Assembly (NCBI GenBank): GCA_039815945.1
Contig: JBCBYI010000001.1
Span: forward strand, 1 to 48,457
DNA length: 48,457 nucleotides
Source of the DNA: Actinomycetota bacterium
GTDB lineage: Bacteria > Actinomycetota > Acidimicrobiia > Acidimicrobiales > Aldehydirespiratoraceae
Direction of reading: 5' to 3'
Of the stretch, positions 26,072-35,460 are shown in pieces. A program made the translations under genes and the position numbers. How positions within the stretch are numbered: position 1 is the first letter of the stretch; each line of letters opens with the position of its first letter. The notes beneath the pieces are model-generated. The model was given only the letters and a program-made list of their open reading frames with translations, did no database searches and was not told the DNA's origin.

Positions 26072-26785
26072 ATGCCTGGTCTCCTCGTCCTGCTGTTCTG
26101 GTTGTGGCTCGCCGTCTCGATCGGCATCTACGCCTTCCGCTTCTTCACCACGGGTTCGGTGCGCGGCGCCAAACCCGAGGAACCCGCCGCCGAGCCCGAC
26201 GACCCGTACGCGGCGTTCGAGGTCCAGCTCGCCGCCATGGCCACCTCCGACGAGTCGGTCATACCCACCACGACCGAGCCGGGCGACCTGGCCGCCGCCC
26301 CTGCGCCCGGCTTCGAAGCGTTCTCCCCGGCCGCAGGCGATCTCGGCGCGGCGCCACAAGCCGACCCGACGCCGATCGAGCAACCGGCGCCGATCATGGC
26401 CAACCCGAGCCCGATCGCCGCCATGGCCTCGCCCCCTCGAGTGGGCGACGCCGTGCGCGCGCTGACGCTCGCCGAAGCGCTCGAAGGCATCGAGATGCCG
26501 GCCGATCTCATCCCCCTCGGCACCGACCGCTTCGACCCGCGCCACATGCAGTTCTTCACCGACGCCTTCGCACCCGGCGAGGTCGGTGCCGCCCTCGCCG
26601 ACGAACTCGAACGCCTCGGGTTCGCGGTCACACCGATCGAGGACACCGCGATCCGGGTCGACCAGCCGCACGCGTCCGTGGAGGTCCGGATCCTTCCCGA
26701 CCGGGCCAGCATCGTCGGAGCGCTCGGCGAGCGCGGGCAGGCCCTCCCCGACGCGGCGGTCGTGGTCGACTTCCAGTTGGGCTGA
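26072..26785 (+). CDS. hypothetical membrane-anchored protein (N-terminal TM helix, Pro/Ala-rich linker, ~110-aa C-terminal domain)
   Basis: This is the 3' part of tracked ORF 24728..26785 (the rest is antisense to rarA). The first in-frame ATG at 26072 gives MPGLLVLLFWLWLAVSIGIYAFRFF. Strong third-position GC bias. I recognise no family. Confidence 0.55.
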   Translation: MPGLLVLLFWLWLAVSIGIYAFRFFTTGSVRGAKPEEPAAEPDDPYAAFEVQLAAMATSDESVIPTTTEPGDLAAAPAPGFEAFSPAAGDLGAAPQADPTPIEQPAPIMANPSPIAAMASPPRVGDAVRALTLAEALEGIEMPADLIPLGTDRFDPRHMQFFTDAFAPGEVGAALADELERLGFAVTPIEDTAIRVDQPHASVEVRILPDRASIVGALGERGQALPDAAVVVDFQLG

Positions 26786-26803
26786 GCGCGACCCGACCTG
26801 CGA

Positions 26804-28564
26804 TCAGGTCGCGGGCGGAAGCACCCGGATCCCGAGCTCCTCGAGATGCCCGTCGTCGATCGGCGACGGCGCGTTCGTGAGCGGATCGGCACCCGACTGG
26901 GTCTTCGGGAAGGCGATGACCTCACGGATGTTGGTCTCGCCGGCCAGCAGCGCGGTGAGGCGATCGAGGCCGAAGGCGAAGCCCCCGTGTGGCGGAGCGC
27001 CGTACTTGAACGCGTCGATGAAGAAGCCGAACTTCGCCTGACGCTCCTCCTCACCGATGCCGAGCAGCTCGAAGATGCGGTTCTGCACGTCGGAGCGGTT
27101 GATCCGGATCGAACCCGAACCCAGCTCCCAGCCGTTGAGCACGAGGTCATAGGCCTGCGAACGGACCTCGAGGAGCTCCTCGCCGGTGCCGTCGAGCAGA
27201 CCCCAGTCGTCTTCGTGCGGCATCGTGAACGGATGATGCGCCGGGACGGGCTTGCCGTTGTCGGCGATGGTCTCGAACAGCGGGAAGTCGACGATCCAGA
27301 GGAAGTTCAGGCCGCCCTCGTTGACCGGCGGCTTGCCGAGCTCGAGGCGCAGCAGGCCGAGGACGTGGCGCACGAGTCGACGCTCGTCGGCGACGAGGAA
27401 CACCATGTCGCCAGGCTCGGCCTCGAGGGCGGCGATGACCTGCGACGACTCGTCGGCCGACAGGAACTTCGCCACGCCGGCATCGAGCGCCGGACCCGAC
27501 TCACCGTCGATGACCTTCATCCAGGCGAGGCCCTTGGCGCCCCAGCGCTGGCAGGTCTCGACGAGGGCGTCGATCTGGTTGCGGCTGAGCGCCTCGACGC
27601 CGCCTTCCATCCGGATGCCCTTCACACAGGGCGCCTGAAAGACGCGGGCCTCGGTGCCCTCGAAGATCGGGGTGAGCTCGACGAGCTCCATGCCGAAGCG
27701 GGTGTCGGGCTTGTCGGAGCCGTAGCGCTCCTGTGCGTCGAGCCAGGTCATGCGCGGGAACTCGGTGGGACGCTCGCCGGTGACGGCCTCGGCCGCGTTG
27801 GCGACGGCGTGGCTGATCGTGGTGAAGACGTCTTCTTGATTGACGAAGCTCATCTCCGCGTCGAGCTGCATGAACTCGAACTGGCGGTCGGCACGCAGAT
27901 CCTCGTCGCGGAGACAGCGGGCGATCTGGTAGTAGCGGTCGACGCCACCCACCATGCACAGCTGCTTGAAGAGCTGCGGGCTCTGGGGCAGGGCGTAGAA
28001 CGAACCCGGCTCCTTGCGCGACGGCACGACGAAGTCGCGGGCGCCCTCGGGGGTGGAGGCGATCAGCATCGGGGTCTCGACCTCGACGAAGCCCTGTTCC
28101 TCCATGCCGCGACGCACGGCCGAGTTCACGGCGGCACGAGTGCGGAGGTTCTTCTGCATGCGCTGCTTGCGCAGGTCGACGTAGCGGTGGCGCAGGCGGA
28201 TGGTCTCGTCGACGTCGGTGCGCTCGTCGAGCGGGAAGGGCGGCGGCTCGGCCTCGGCCAGGATATCGATCTCGGTGACTTCGATCTCGACCTCACCGGT
28301 GGCGAGGTCGGGGTTCGCGGTGTCGTCGGGCCGCAGGCGGACCTCGCCGGTCATCTTGGCGACGTACTCGCTGCGGAGGTCGTGGCTCGAATTGACCACG
28401 CACTGCACGACGCCGGTGCGGTCGCGCAGATCGATGAAGGCAAGGTGCTCGCCGTGCTCGCGGCGGCGGTCGACCCAGCCGCACACGGAGACGGTCCGAC
28501 CGGCGTCGGCCGCCGTGAGCTGGCCGCACATGTCGGTGCGCATCGAGGTGGTGTGATCCTGCAT
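26804..28564 (-). CDS. aspS: aspartate--tRNA ligase
   Basis: Tracked to 28846, but the conserved OB-fold N-terminus (MQDHTTSMRTDMCGQL..VSVCGWVDRRREHGEHLAFIDLRDRTG) begins at ATG 28564. Class II motifs CLRDEDLRADRQFEFMQLD and GGFAFGLDRL. Confidence 0.95.
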   Translation of the reverse strand: MQDHTTSMRTDMCGQLTAADAGRTVSVCGWVDRRREHGEHLAFIDLRDRTGVVQCVVNSSHDLRSEYVAKMTGEVRLRPDDTANPDLATGEVEIEVTEIDILAEAEPPPFPLDERTDVDETIRLRHRYVDLRKQRMQKNLRTRAAVNSAVRRGMEEQGFVEVETPMLIASTPEGARDFVVPSRKEPGSFYALPQSPQLFKQLCMVGGVDRYYQIARCLRDEDLRADRQFEFMQLDAEMSFVNQEDVFTTISHAVANAAEAVTGERPTEFPRMTWLDAQERYGSDKPDTRFGMELVELTPIFEGTEARVFQAPCVKGIRMEGGVEALSRNQIDALVETCQRWGAKGLAWMKVIDGESGPALDAGVAKFLSADESSQVIAALEAEPGDMVFLVADERRLVRHVLGLLRLELGKPPVNEGGLNFLWIVDFPLFETIADNGKPVPAHHPFTMPHEDDWGLLDGTGEELLEVRSQAYDLVLNGWELGSGSIRINRSDVQNRIFELLGIGEEERQAKFGFFIDAFKYGAPPHGGFAFGLDRLTALLAGETNIREVIAFPKTQSGADPLTNAPSPIDDGHLEELGIRVLPPAT

Positions 28565-28614
28565 GTCCTGGTGATTCCTGGTTGCTGAGAGAAGGTTGCT
28601 GAGGTGAGAACGGG

Positions 28615-29880
28615 TTACGAGAGCAGGCCACTCACGTGGCCCACGAGATCGGTGAGGGCGACGCGCTGCTGGCCGGTGTCGCCGTGCATGTCGCGAAGGG
28701 TCACCTCGCCGTTGGCGACCTCGTCTTCGCCGATGATCGCGGCGAAGGGGGCGCCGGAGCGGTCGGCGACCTTCATCTGGGCCTTCATGGAGCGGCCGCC
28801 GTACGAACGGTCGGCGCCGATGCCGGCGGCTCGGAGGGTGTTGCACACGCCGAGGGCGTGGCTGCCGCCCGTGACGTCGACGACGAAGACCTTCACCGAC
28901 GGCTCGGGGGTCGGGAAGACACCTTCGGCGTCGCAGGCGAGGAGGATGCGGTCGACACCGAGCGCGAAGCCGATGCCGGGGGTGGCGGGACCACCGAGGT
29001 CCTCGACGAGGCCGTCGTAGCGGCCACCGCCACCGACGGCGTTCTGGGCGGTGGCGAGGGCGTCGGCGGCGAACTCGAACGTGGTGCGGGTGTAGTAGTC
29101 GAGCCCGCGCACGAGGCGAGGAGAGAGCTCGTACGCGATGCCGAGCTGGTCGAGACCGGCCCGCACCGTCTCGAAGTGCTCGCGGGTCTCGTCGGTGAGG
29201 AAGTCGACCATCAGCGGGGCGGCCGCGATGATCTCGGCGTCTTCCTCGCGCTTGGAGTCGAGCACGCGCAGCGGGTTGCGCTCGAGCGTGACCTGGCTCT
29301 GCGACGACAGCGATGCGGCGTTGTCGGTGAGGTAGCCCCGCAGGGCATCCATGTACGCCGGGCGACAGGTCGGGTCGCCGAGGCTGTTGAGCAGCAGCGT
29401 GACCTCACGCAGCCCGAGCGACTCGTAGAACCGCCAGCCGAGCGCGATGGCGTCGACGTCGGCCTGGGGGTCGTCGGTGCCGAGGGTCTCGATGCCGACC
29501 TGGGAGAACTGGCGGTATCGACCGGCCTGGGGTTGCTCGTAGCGGAACTGCGGACCCTCGTACCAGACCTTCCACGGCGGCGTGGGCCGGTGCTCGGCGA
29601 AGGCCCGACACACCGAGGCGGTGAGCTCGGGCCGCAGGGCGAGGTGCTGCGGCGGGTCGCCCTTGTCGAAGAAGTCGAACATCTCCTTGGTGACGACGTC
29701 GGTCGACTCACCGAGACGCTTGAAGACGCCGAGGTCCTCGAAGATCGGCGACATGACCTCGCCGAAGCCCGCGAGCTCGGCCTGGTGGGCGAACGCGTCG
29801 ATCAGCGCCCGGCGGCGGCCCGACTCGGGCGGCAGGATGTCTCGCGTGCCCTTGGGGGCTTTGAACGTCGGCTCGGCCAC
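28615..29880 (-). CDS. hisS: histidine--tRNA ligase
   Basis: 421 aa. PKGTRDILP, FRYEQPQAGRYRQF and GGGRYDGL motifs. GTG start. Confidence 0.95.
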   Translation of the reverse strand: MAEPTFKAPKGTRDILPPESGRRRALIDAFAHQAELAGFGEVMSPIFEDLGVFKRLGESTDVVTKEMFDFFDKGDPPQHLALRPELTASVCRAFAEHRPTPPWKVWYEGPQFRYEQPQAGRYRQFSQVGIETLGTDDPQADVDAIALGWRFYESLGLREVTLLLNSLGDPTCRPAYMDALRGYLTDNAASLSSQSQVTLERNPLRVLDSKREEDAEIIAAAPLMVDFLTDETREHFETVRAGLDQLGIAYELSPRLVRGLDYYTRTTFEFAADALATAQNAVGGGGRYDGLVEDLGGPATPGIGFALGVDRILLACDAEGVFPTPEPSVKVFVVDVTGGSHALGVCNTLRAAGIGADRSYGGRSMKAQMKVADRSGAPFAAIIGEDEVANGEVTLRDMHGDTGQQRVALTDLVGHVSGLLS

Positions 29881-29888
29881 GAACGGTC

Positions 29889-29894
29889 AGGCTA
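29889..29894 (-). promoter_or_regulatory. -10 hexamer TAGCCT 8 nt upstream of the hisS GTG (leaderless-type promoter)
   Basis: Minus-strand GGTAGCCT-GACCGTTC-GTG, with no Shine-Dalgarno in between. Confidence 0.4.
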
Positions 29895-29936
29895 CCGGCC
29901 GCCCCTCCCCTCCCAGCGGGTTATCGAACGCGGAAT

Positions 29937-29969
29937 GGAGACACTTCGTACCTGACACGAAGTGTCTCC
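29937..29969 (-). terminator. perfect 13-bp-arm hairpin 4 nt downstream of the relA stop (terminator-like, no U-tract)
   Basis: ggagacacttcgt-acctgac-acgaagtgtctcc. The arms are perfectly complementary and noticeably less GC-rich than their surroundings. Confidence 0.5.
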
Positions 29970-29973
29970 AACT

Positions 29974-32214
29974 TCACGCTCGCGCCGCACCCGGCATGAT
30001 GCGGTACGCGTCGTAGACCGACTCGATGCCGTAGATCGCCGACAGCACCGAATCCAGCTGGCTGACGTCGCCGAGCTCGAACTCGAACTGCATCTTGGCG
30101 ACCGCATCGTCGCCGGTCTCGGTGCTGACGCCGGTGACGTTGAGACCATGGTCGGCGAGCACCTTGGCGACGTCGACGAGCAGCGACGCCCGGTCGAGGG
30201 CTCGGATCTCGATCGTGGTCGGGAAGCGTCCGGCGTGCTCGGCGTCCCACTCGACGTCGATGAGCCGATCGGGCTGTCCCTCGGACAGCTCGGTGGCGTT
30301 GAGGCAGTCGCTGCGGTGCACCGACACCCCCCGGCCACGGGTGACGAAGCCGATGATCTCGTCGGGCGGCACCGGAGAACAGCAGCGCGAGAGCCGAATC
30401 ATGATGTCGTCGAGCCCCTCCACGTGGACCCCGGCCGACTGGTTGGTCCGGCGACGACCACCGGAGCGACGGTTGACCGTGGACGGCAACCGCTGGGTCT
30501 CGGAGACCGACTCGGTCTCCTCCTCGCCTCGCAGCTCCCGGCCGAGCCGTTCGGCGACGGTGTGGGCGGTGACGTGGCCCTCGCCGATGGCGGCGTACAA
30601 GGAGTCCTCGTCGGCGTAGTTCATCGCCTCGCGGACCGCCTCGAAGACCGGTTCTTTCAAGATGCGGCGAGCGGCCAGGCCCTCTCGACGCAGCGCCTGA
30701 ATGAGATCCTCGCGGCCCTCCTCGATCGCGTCCTCACGACGCTCCCGGGTGTACCACTGCTTGATCTTGTTGGCGGCCCGGCGGCTGGCGACGAACTTCA
30801 ACCAGTCGCGGCTGGGGCCGGCGCCCTCGACGTTGGACGTGAAGATCTCGACCGAGTCGCCCGATTCGAGCCGGGTGTCGAGCGGCACGAGGCGGCCGTT
30901 GACCTTCGAACCGACACAGCTGTGACCGACATCGGTGTGGATCGTGTAGGCGAAGTCGACCGGCGTGGCGCCGACCGGGAGCTCGATGACCTTGCCCTTC
31001 GGCGTGAAGACGAAGACCTCGTCCTGATCGAGATCGAACTTCAGGTTCGACATGAACTCCGACGGGTCGGAGGTCTCCTGTTGCCACTCGACGATGCGGT
31101 TCAGCCAGGCGAGATCACCGCCGGGCGAGTCTTCCTTGTAATCCCAGTGGGCGGCGACGCCGTGCTCGGCCCGGGCGTGCATCTCCTTGGTGCGAAGCTG
31201 CACCTCGAGCGACTTGCCCTGCGGCCCGACCACGGTCGTGTGCAACGACTGGTAGAGGTTGAACTTGGGCATCGCGATGTAGTCCTTGAACCGGCCCTGC
31301 ACCGGTCGCCAGGTCGCGTGGATCGAACCCAGGGCGCCGTAGCAGTCGCGGACCGAATCGCAGATCACCCGGATGGCGACGAGGTCGAAGATCTCGTCGA
31401 ACGGGCGCCCCTTCACGACCATCTTCTCGTAGATCGACCACAGGTGCTTCGGGCGACCCTCGACCTCGGCGCGGATGCCGAGCTCGGCGAGCCGGGCCTG
31501 CACGTCGCCGATGACCTGGGCGAGATAGAGGTCGCGCTCCGGCGCTCGCAGCTGCACCATCTGGTCGATCTCGGCGTAGCGACGGGTGTGGAGTGCGGCG
31601 AAGGCGAGATCCTCCAGCTGCATCTTCATCTCCTGCATGCCGAGCCGGTGCGCGAGCGGTGCGTAGACCTCGAGGGTCTCGCGGGCCGTGCGTTCTTGCT
31701 TGAACGACGGCATGCCGGCGATGGTCTGCAGGTTGTGGAGACGATCGGCGAGCTTGATGATCAGCACCCGGATGTCCTGGGCGATCGCCACGATCATCTT
31801 GCGCATCGTCGCGGCCTGCTGCTCCTCCTTGGAGTCGTAGTGGACCCGGTCGAGCTTGGTGACACCGTCGACGATGTGGGCCAGCTCGGCGTCGAACTCC
31901 TCTTCGAGCTCTTCGAGACTGATCGCGGTGTCCTCCACCGCATCGTGGAGCAGGGCGGCGGCGATCGAGACGTCGTCGAGCCCCTGGCGGGCGACGACGG
32001 TGGCCACTGCGACGGGGTGACGGATGTAGGGCTCCCCCGACTTGCGATTCTGGCCCCTGTGCGCCTCCTGCGCGACAGCGAAGGCCGCCTCGATGAGGGT
32101 CGTGTCGGCCTTGGGATGGTGCTTGTCGTACTCGGCCAGCAACGGCGCGACCTCGGCCGACGGCGGCCGGTTGGCCGCTCGACGCCAGGGCAGCACCCGC
32201 GTGACGGTCGCCAT
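29974..32214 (-). CDS. relA: bifunctional (p)ppGpp synthetase/hydrolase (RelA/SpoT homologue)
   Basis: Tracked to 32604, but that part overlaps apt. ATG 32214 overlaps the apt TGA (ATGA) and gives MATVTRVLPWRR. HD motif HRGQNRKSGEPYIRHP and synthetase motifs DLVAIRVI/YQSLHTTV. TGS and ACT regions are present. Confidence 0.95.
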   Translation of the reverse strand: MATVTRVLPWRRAANRPPSAEVAPLLAEYDKHHPKADTTLIEAAFAVAQEAHRGQNRKSGEPYIRHPVAVATVVARQGLDDVSIAAALLHDAVEDTAISLEELEEEFDAELAHIVDGVTKLDRVHYDSKEEQQAATMRKMIVAIAQDIRVLIIKLADRLHNLQTIAGMPSFKQERTARETLEVYAPLAHRLGMQEMKMQLEDLAFAALHTRRYAEIDQMVQLRAPERDLYLAQVIGDVQARLAELGIRAEVEGRPKHLWSIYEKMVVKGRPFDEIFDLVAIRVICDSVRDCYGALGSIHATWRPVQGRFKDYIAMPKFNLYQSLHTTVVGPQGKSLEVQLRTKEMHARAEHGVAAHWDYKEDSPGGDLAWLNRIVEWQQETSDPSEFMSNLKFDLDQDEVFVFTPKGKVIELPVGATPVDFAYTIHTDVGHSCVGSKVNGRLVPLDTRLESGDSVEIFTSNVEGAGPSRDWLKFVASRRAANKIKQWYTRERREDAIEEGREDLIQALRREGLAARRILKEPVFEAVREAMNYADEDSLYAAIGEGHVTAHTVAERLGRELRGEEETESVSETQRLPSTVNRRSGGRRRTNQSAGVHVEGLDDIMIRLSRCCSPVPPDEIIGFVTRGRGVSVHRSDCLNATELSEGQPDRLIDVEWDAEHAGRFPTTIEIRALDRASLLVDVAKVLADHGLNVTGVSTETGDDAVAKMQFEFELGDVSQLDSVLSAIYGIESVYDAYRIMPGAARA

Positions 32215-32750
32215 CAGCCGGCCACCTCGATGACGGCCTCGATGCGGGCGTCGTCGAGCCGGGACCGCCCGTCGAGAAAGCCGAGTTCGAGCAGGAACGA
32301 GAAGCCGGCGACGGTCGCGCCGAGCCGACCGAGGAGCACGGCCGCCGCTGCCGCGGTGCCGCCGGTGGCGAGCACGTCGTCGAGCACCAACACATGCTCG
32401 CCGGTGGTAACCGCATCGGCGTGGATCTCGATGGTGTCGGTGCCGTATTCGAGGCCGTACTCCTCGGCCATCGTGGCGCCCGGCAGCTTGCCCGCCTTGC
32501 GGATCGGGATGAACCCGACGCCGAGCGACTGCGCGACCGCCGCGCCGAGGATGAAGCCACGGGCCTCGATGCCGACGACCGCGTCGATGCCGGCATCGCG
32601 CCACGGATCGGCGAGCACCTCGATCGTCGAGGCCAGACCGTCGGCGTGGGCGAGTAAGGGCGTGATGTCCTTGAAGACGATCCCGGGCTCGGGGAAGTCG
32701 GGGATGTCGCGGATCAGATCGGTGAGTTCAGCCACGGAGAGGCGTCCCAT
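32214..32750 (-). CDS. apt: adenine phosphoribosyltransferase
   Basis: 178 aa. FKDITPLL and PRPP motif VLVLDDVLATGGT. Confidence 0.93.
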   Translation of the reverse strand: MGRLSVAELTDLIRDIPDFPEPGIVFKDITPLLAHADGLASTIEVLADPWRDAGIDAVVGIEARGFILGAAVAQSLGVGFIPIRKAGKLPGATMAEEYGLEYGTDTIEIHADAVTTGEHVLVLDDVLATGGTAAAAAVLLGRLGATVAGFSFLLELGFLDGRSRLDDARIEAVIEVAG

Positions 32751-32768
32751 GACCCGATCGTAGCGGGT

Positions 32769-33932
32769 TCAGGACTTCTTCTTTTTCCGGGGCTTCGGCG
32801 GCTGACCCGGCCGCGCCGACGCCTGGGTGCGCTTCGCGGCCGTGCCGCGCTGTGCGGCTTGACCTCGGGTGGCCCGCTGGCTGCTCGACGTGCTCGTGCC
32901 ACCGCTCGTCGGCTTCCGGGTGGTGCCGATCGGGATACCGGCGAGGGCGACGTCGTCGTCGGTCACCCGACGGGTGCCGGTCTCGCCTTCACGCGAGCGG
33001 ATCTTGTCGGCGACCGCCCGGTTCTCGGCCTCGCGCTCCTTCATGTAGGCGACCAAGGCGGCCGCCACGAAGATCGACGAGTAGGTACCCACGAGAATGC
33101 CGATCAGCAAGGCGATGGCGAACTCCTGCAGGGTCAGCGCCCCGAGGAAGACCGAACCGATGAGCAGCATCGACAGCACCGGGAGGACCGACGTGATCGA
33201 GGTGTTGATCGAGCGCATCAACACCTGGTTGAGCGACTGGTTCATCATCTCGCTGTAGGTGTAGCGACCGGTGACCGTGAGGCGTCCGCCGACGTCGCGG
33301 ACCTTGTCGTAGACGACGATCGTGTCGTACAGCGAGTAGCCCATGATCGTCAGGAAGGCGATCACGGTGGCCGGGGTGACCTCGAATTGGAAGATCGCGT
33401 AGACGCCGACCGAGATGATGATGTCGTGGGCGACCGCGATCAGCGCTCCGACCGCCATCTTCCACTCGAGCCGAACCGCGATGTAGCCGGCGACGATGAT
33501 GAAGAACCAGATCAGCGCGTTGCGCGCCTTGTCGGTGATCTGATCACCCCACGACGGGCCGACGGTGGTGACGCTCACGTCGGTCACGTCGACCGATGCG
33601 AGTTCGGCCAGCGCTGCGGTGACTTCGGCGACCTCGTCGGGGGTGTCGAGGTCGGCGCGGACTCGGATCGCGTCGGAGCCGAGGGTCTGGATCTTGCCGC
33701 CTTCGGCGCCGGTACCGCCCAGGGCGTCGCGGGTGTCGGCGACCGACACGTCCGGCGCGGTGACCTCCCAGCTCGTGCCGCCCTCGAACTCGATGCCGAG
33801 GTTGAGGCCCCGGACGACGAGGGCGCCGAGACTGATCAGCACCAGCACCGCGGAACCGACGAGCGCCTTGCGCCACATGGCCGGGAAGTCGAAGTGGTGC
33901 TCACCGCGGTAGAGCATGCGGATGGTCTTCAC
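32769..33932 (-). CDS. secF: protein translocase subunit SecF with a basic C-terminal tail
   Basis: Tracked to 34379. GTG 33932 overlaps the secD TGA (GTGA) and follows GGGAGG at 7 nt, giving VKTIRMLYRGEHHFDF. Motifs GIEFEGGTSWEV and DTIVVYDKVRD. Tail ends PGQPPKPRKKKKS. Confidence 0.9.
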   Translation of the reverse strand: MKTIRMLYRGEHHFDFPAMWRKALVGSAVLVLISLGALVVRGLNLGIEFEGGTSWEVTAPDVSVADTRDALGGTGAEGGKIQTLGSDAIRVRADLDTPDEVAEVTAALAELASVDVTDVSVTTVGPSWGDQITDKARNALIWFFIIVAGYIAVRLEWKMAVGALIAVAHDIIISVGVYAIFQFEVTPATVIAFLTIMGYSLYDTIVVYDKVRDVGGRLTVTGRYTYSEMMNQSLNQVLMRSINTSITSVLPVLSMLLIGSVFLGALTLQEFAIALLIGILVGTYSSIFVAAALVAYMKEREAENRAVADKIRSREGETGTRRVTDDDVALAGIPIGTTRKPTSGGTSTSSSQRATRGQAAQRGTAAKRTQASARPGQPPKPRKKKKS

Positions 33933-35455
33933 GAGGCACCTCCCGCCGCCGGTTCGGGCGTCGTGTCGATCCCCTTCGGGATGCCGTACGTGCCTGGCCG
34001 TCGGGCCAGGTCGATGTCGAGGTTGGCGAGGATGCGGATCGCCGGGCCCATGAAGAAGTAGGTGGCGACCAGATCGAGCACCGTGGCGAGACCGAGGAAG
34101 AGAGCGAAGCCGCGGACCTGACCGACGGTGAGCGTGTAGAGCACGACGGCGGCGATGAGGCTGGCGACGTCGGCCTTCACGATCGTCGAGTACGCGATCG
34201 GGAACGCCCGCTCGACCGCCGAGCGTACGGTTCGGCCGCCTCGCACGTCTTCCTTGAGATGCTCGAAGTAGACGACGTTGGAGTCGACCGACACACCGAT
34301 CGACACGATCAGGCCGGTGACGCCGGCGAGGGTGAGGGCGAGGCCCTGCGAGGCGCCGAGCCAGGCGATGATCGTCCACAGCAACGCGCCGGAGATGAGC
34401 AGGCTGAGGATCGCCACGACACCGAGGTACCGGTAGTAGGCGATCAGGTAGACCGAGACGAGGAGCAGGCCGATGAGACCGGCGATCAATCCGGCGTCGA
34501 GCGCGTCCTCGCCGAGGGTCGAGCTGACGATGCGGCTCTCCTGCGGGGTCAACTCGAGCGGGAGGGCGCCGAAGTTCAGCGCGAGGGCGAGATCCTTGGC
34601 CTCCTCCTCGGTGAAGTCGCCCGAGATGGTGATCTCATCGCGTTCGAAGAACGCGGCGTTGACGTTGGGGGCCGATTCGACGAAGCCGTCGATCTCGATC
34701 GCGACCCGGCCGGCCGGACACGACGCCTGGAAGGTGTTGCAGGCCCGGGCGACCGCGTTGAAGTCGTCGATGCCGGGCGAGCCCGACTTGAAGATCGGTG
34801 CGACCGACCAGCCCTGCTGCACGTTGAAGCGCGCCGACGCGCTCTCGAGCGCTTCGCCGGTGAGGCGCTGGCCCTCGACCTCGGGCTCGAGCACGAGCGG
34901 CACCGGGCCCATGCGGATGCGGCCCTGGAAGGTCGGGTCGGTGCGGTCCTGGAGCACCGACGGCTCGGAGGTGAGCGCATCGGGGGTGAGGGTCCAGAGG
35001 TCGACGATCGCCTGGGCCTCCGCGAGGGCCGCGCCCTCGAGCTCGCCGGCCTCGATCGCCGCCGTGGCGGCGTTGAACGCGGCCTCGTCGTCGAAGCCTG
35101 CCTGGCCGATGACCGGCCGGAACCGCAGCTCGGCGGTCTGGCCGACGAGGTCGATCGCGCGCTGCTGATCGTCGACGCCGGGGATCTGGACGAGGATCGT
35201 CTCGCCCTGGCGGGTCACCTCGGGCTCACGGACACCGAGACCGTCGACACGGTTGCGGATGATGTCGACCGCCTGATCGAGGGTCTCCTCGGTGATCTCT
35301 TGGCCGTCGGGCAGCGGCTCGGGTTCGAGCACGACCGATGCGCCACCCTGGAGGTCGAGACCGAGCAACGGCTCGTTGCCGGCCACGAACGTGTAGACGA
35401 GCCCCGCGATCGAGATCACGATGATCCCGACGACGTAGGAGACCTGACGGCGCAC
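33929..35455 (-). CDS. secD: protein translocase subunit SecD
   Basis: 508 aa. LGLDLQGGASVVLE, TGLIVSIGVSVDSNVVYFEHLKE. Confidence 0.92.
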   Translation of the reverse strand: MRRQVSYVVGIIVISIAGLVYTFVAGNEPLLGLDLQGGASVVLEPEPLPDGQEITEETLDQAVDIIRNRVDGLGVREPEVTRQGETILVQIPGVDDQQRAIDLVGQTAELRFRPVIGQAGFDDEAAFNAATAAIEAGELEGAALAEAQAIVDLWTLTPDALTSEPSVLQDRTDPTFQGRIRMGPVPLVLEPEVEGQRLTGEALESASARFNVQQGWSVAPIFKSGSPGIDDFNAVARACNTFQASCPAGRVAIEIDGFVESAPNVNAAFFERDEITISGDFTEEEAKDLALALNFGALPLELTPQESRIVSSTLGEDALDAGLIAGLIGLLLVSVYLIAYYRYLGVVAILSLLISGALLWTIIAWLGASQGLALTLAGVTGLIVSIGVSVDSNVVYFEHLKEDVRGGRTVRSAVERAFPIAYSTIVKADVASLIAAVVLYTLTVGQVRGFALFLGLATVLDLVATYFFMGPAIRILANLDIDLARRPGTYGIPKGIDTTPEPAAGGAS

Positions 35456-35460
35456 GTCGC

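Noticed and set aside
29899-29914. G-run tract (GGGAGGGGAGGGGCGG on the minus strand) upstream of hisS as a possible G-quadruplex.
   Set aside because: There are only three runs of three or more G. In DNA this GC-rich such tracts are expected by chance.
31035-31049. cgaac-ttcag-gttcg inside relA looks like a second SOS box.
   Set aside because: The spacer is 5 nt rather than the required 4, and it lies deep inside a coding region. It is probably a chance palindrome.
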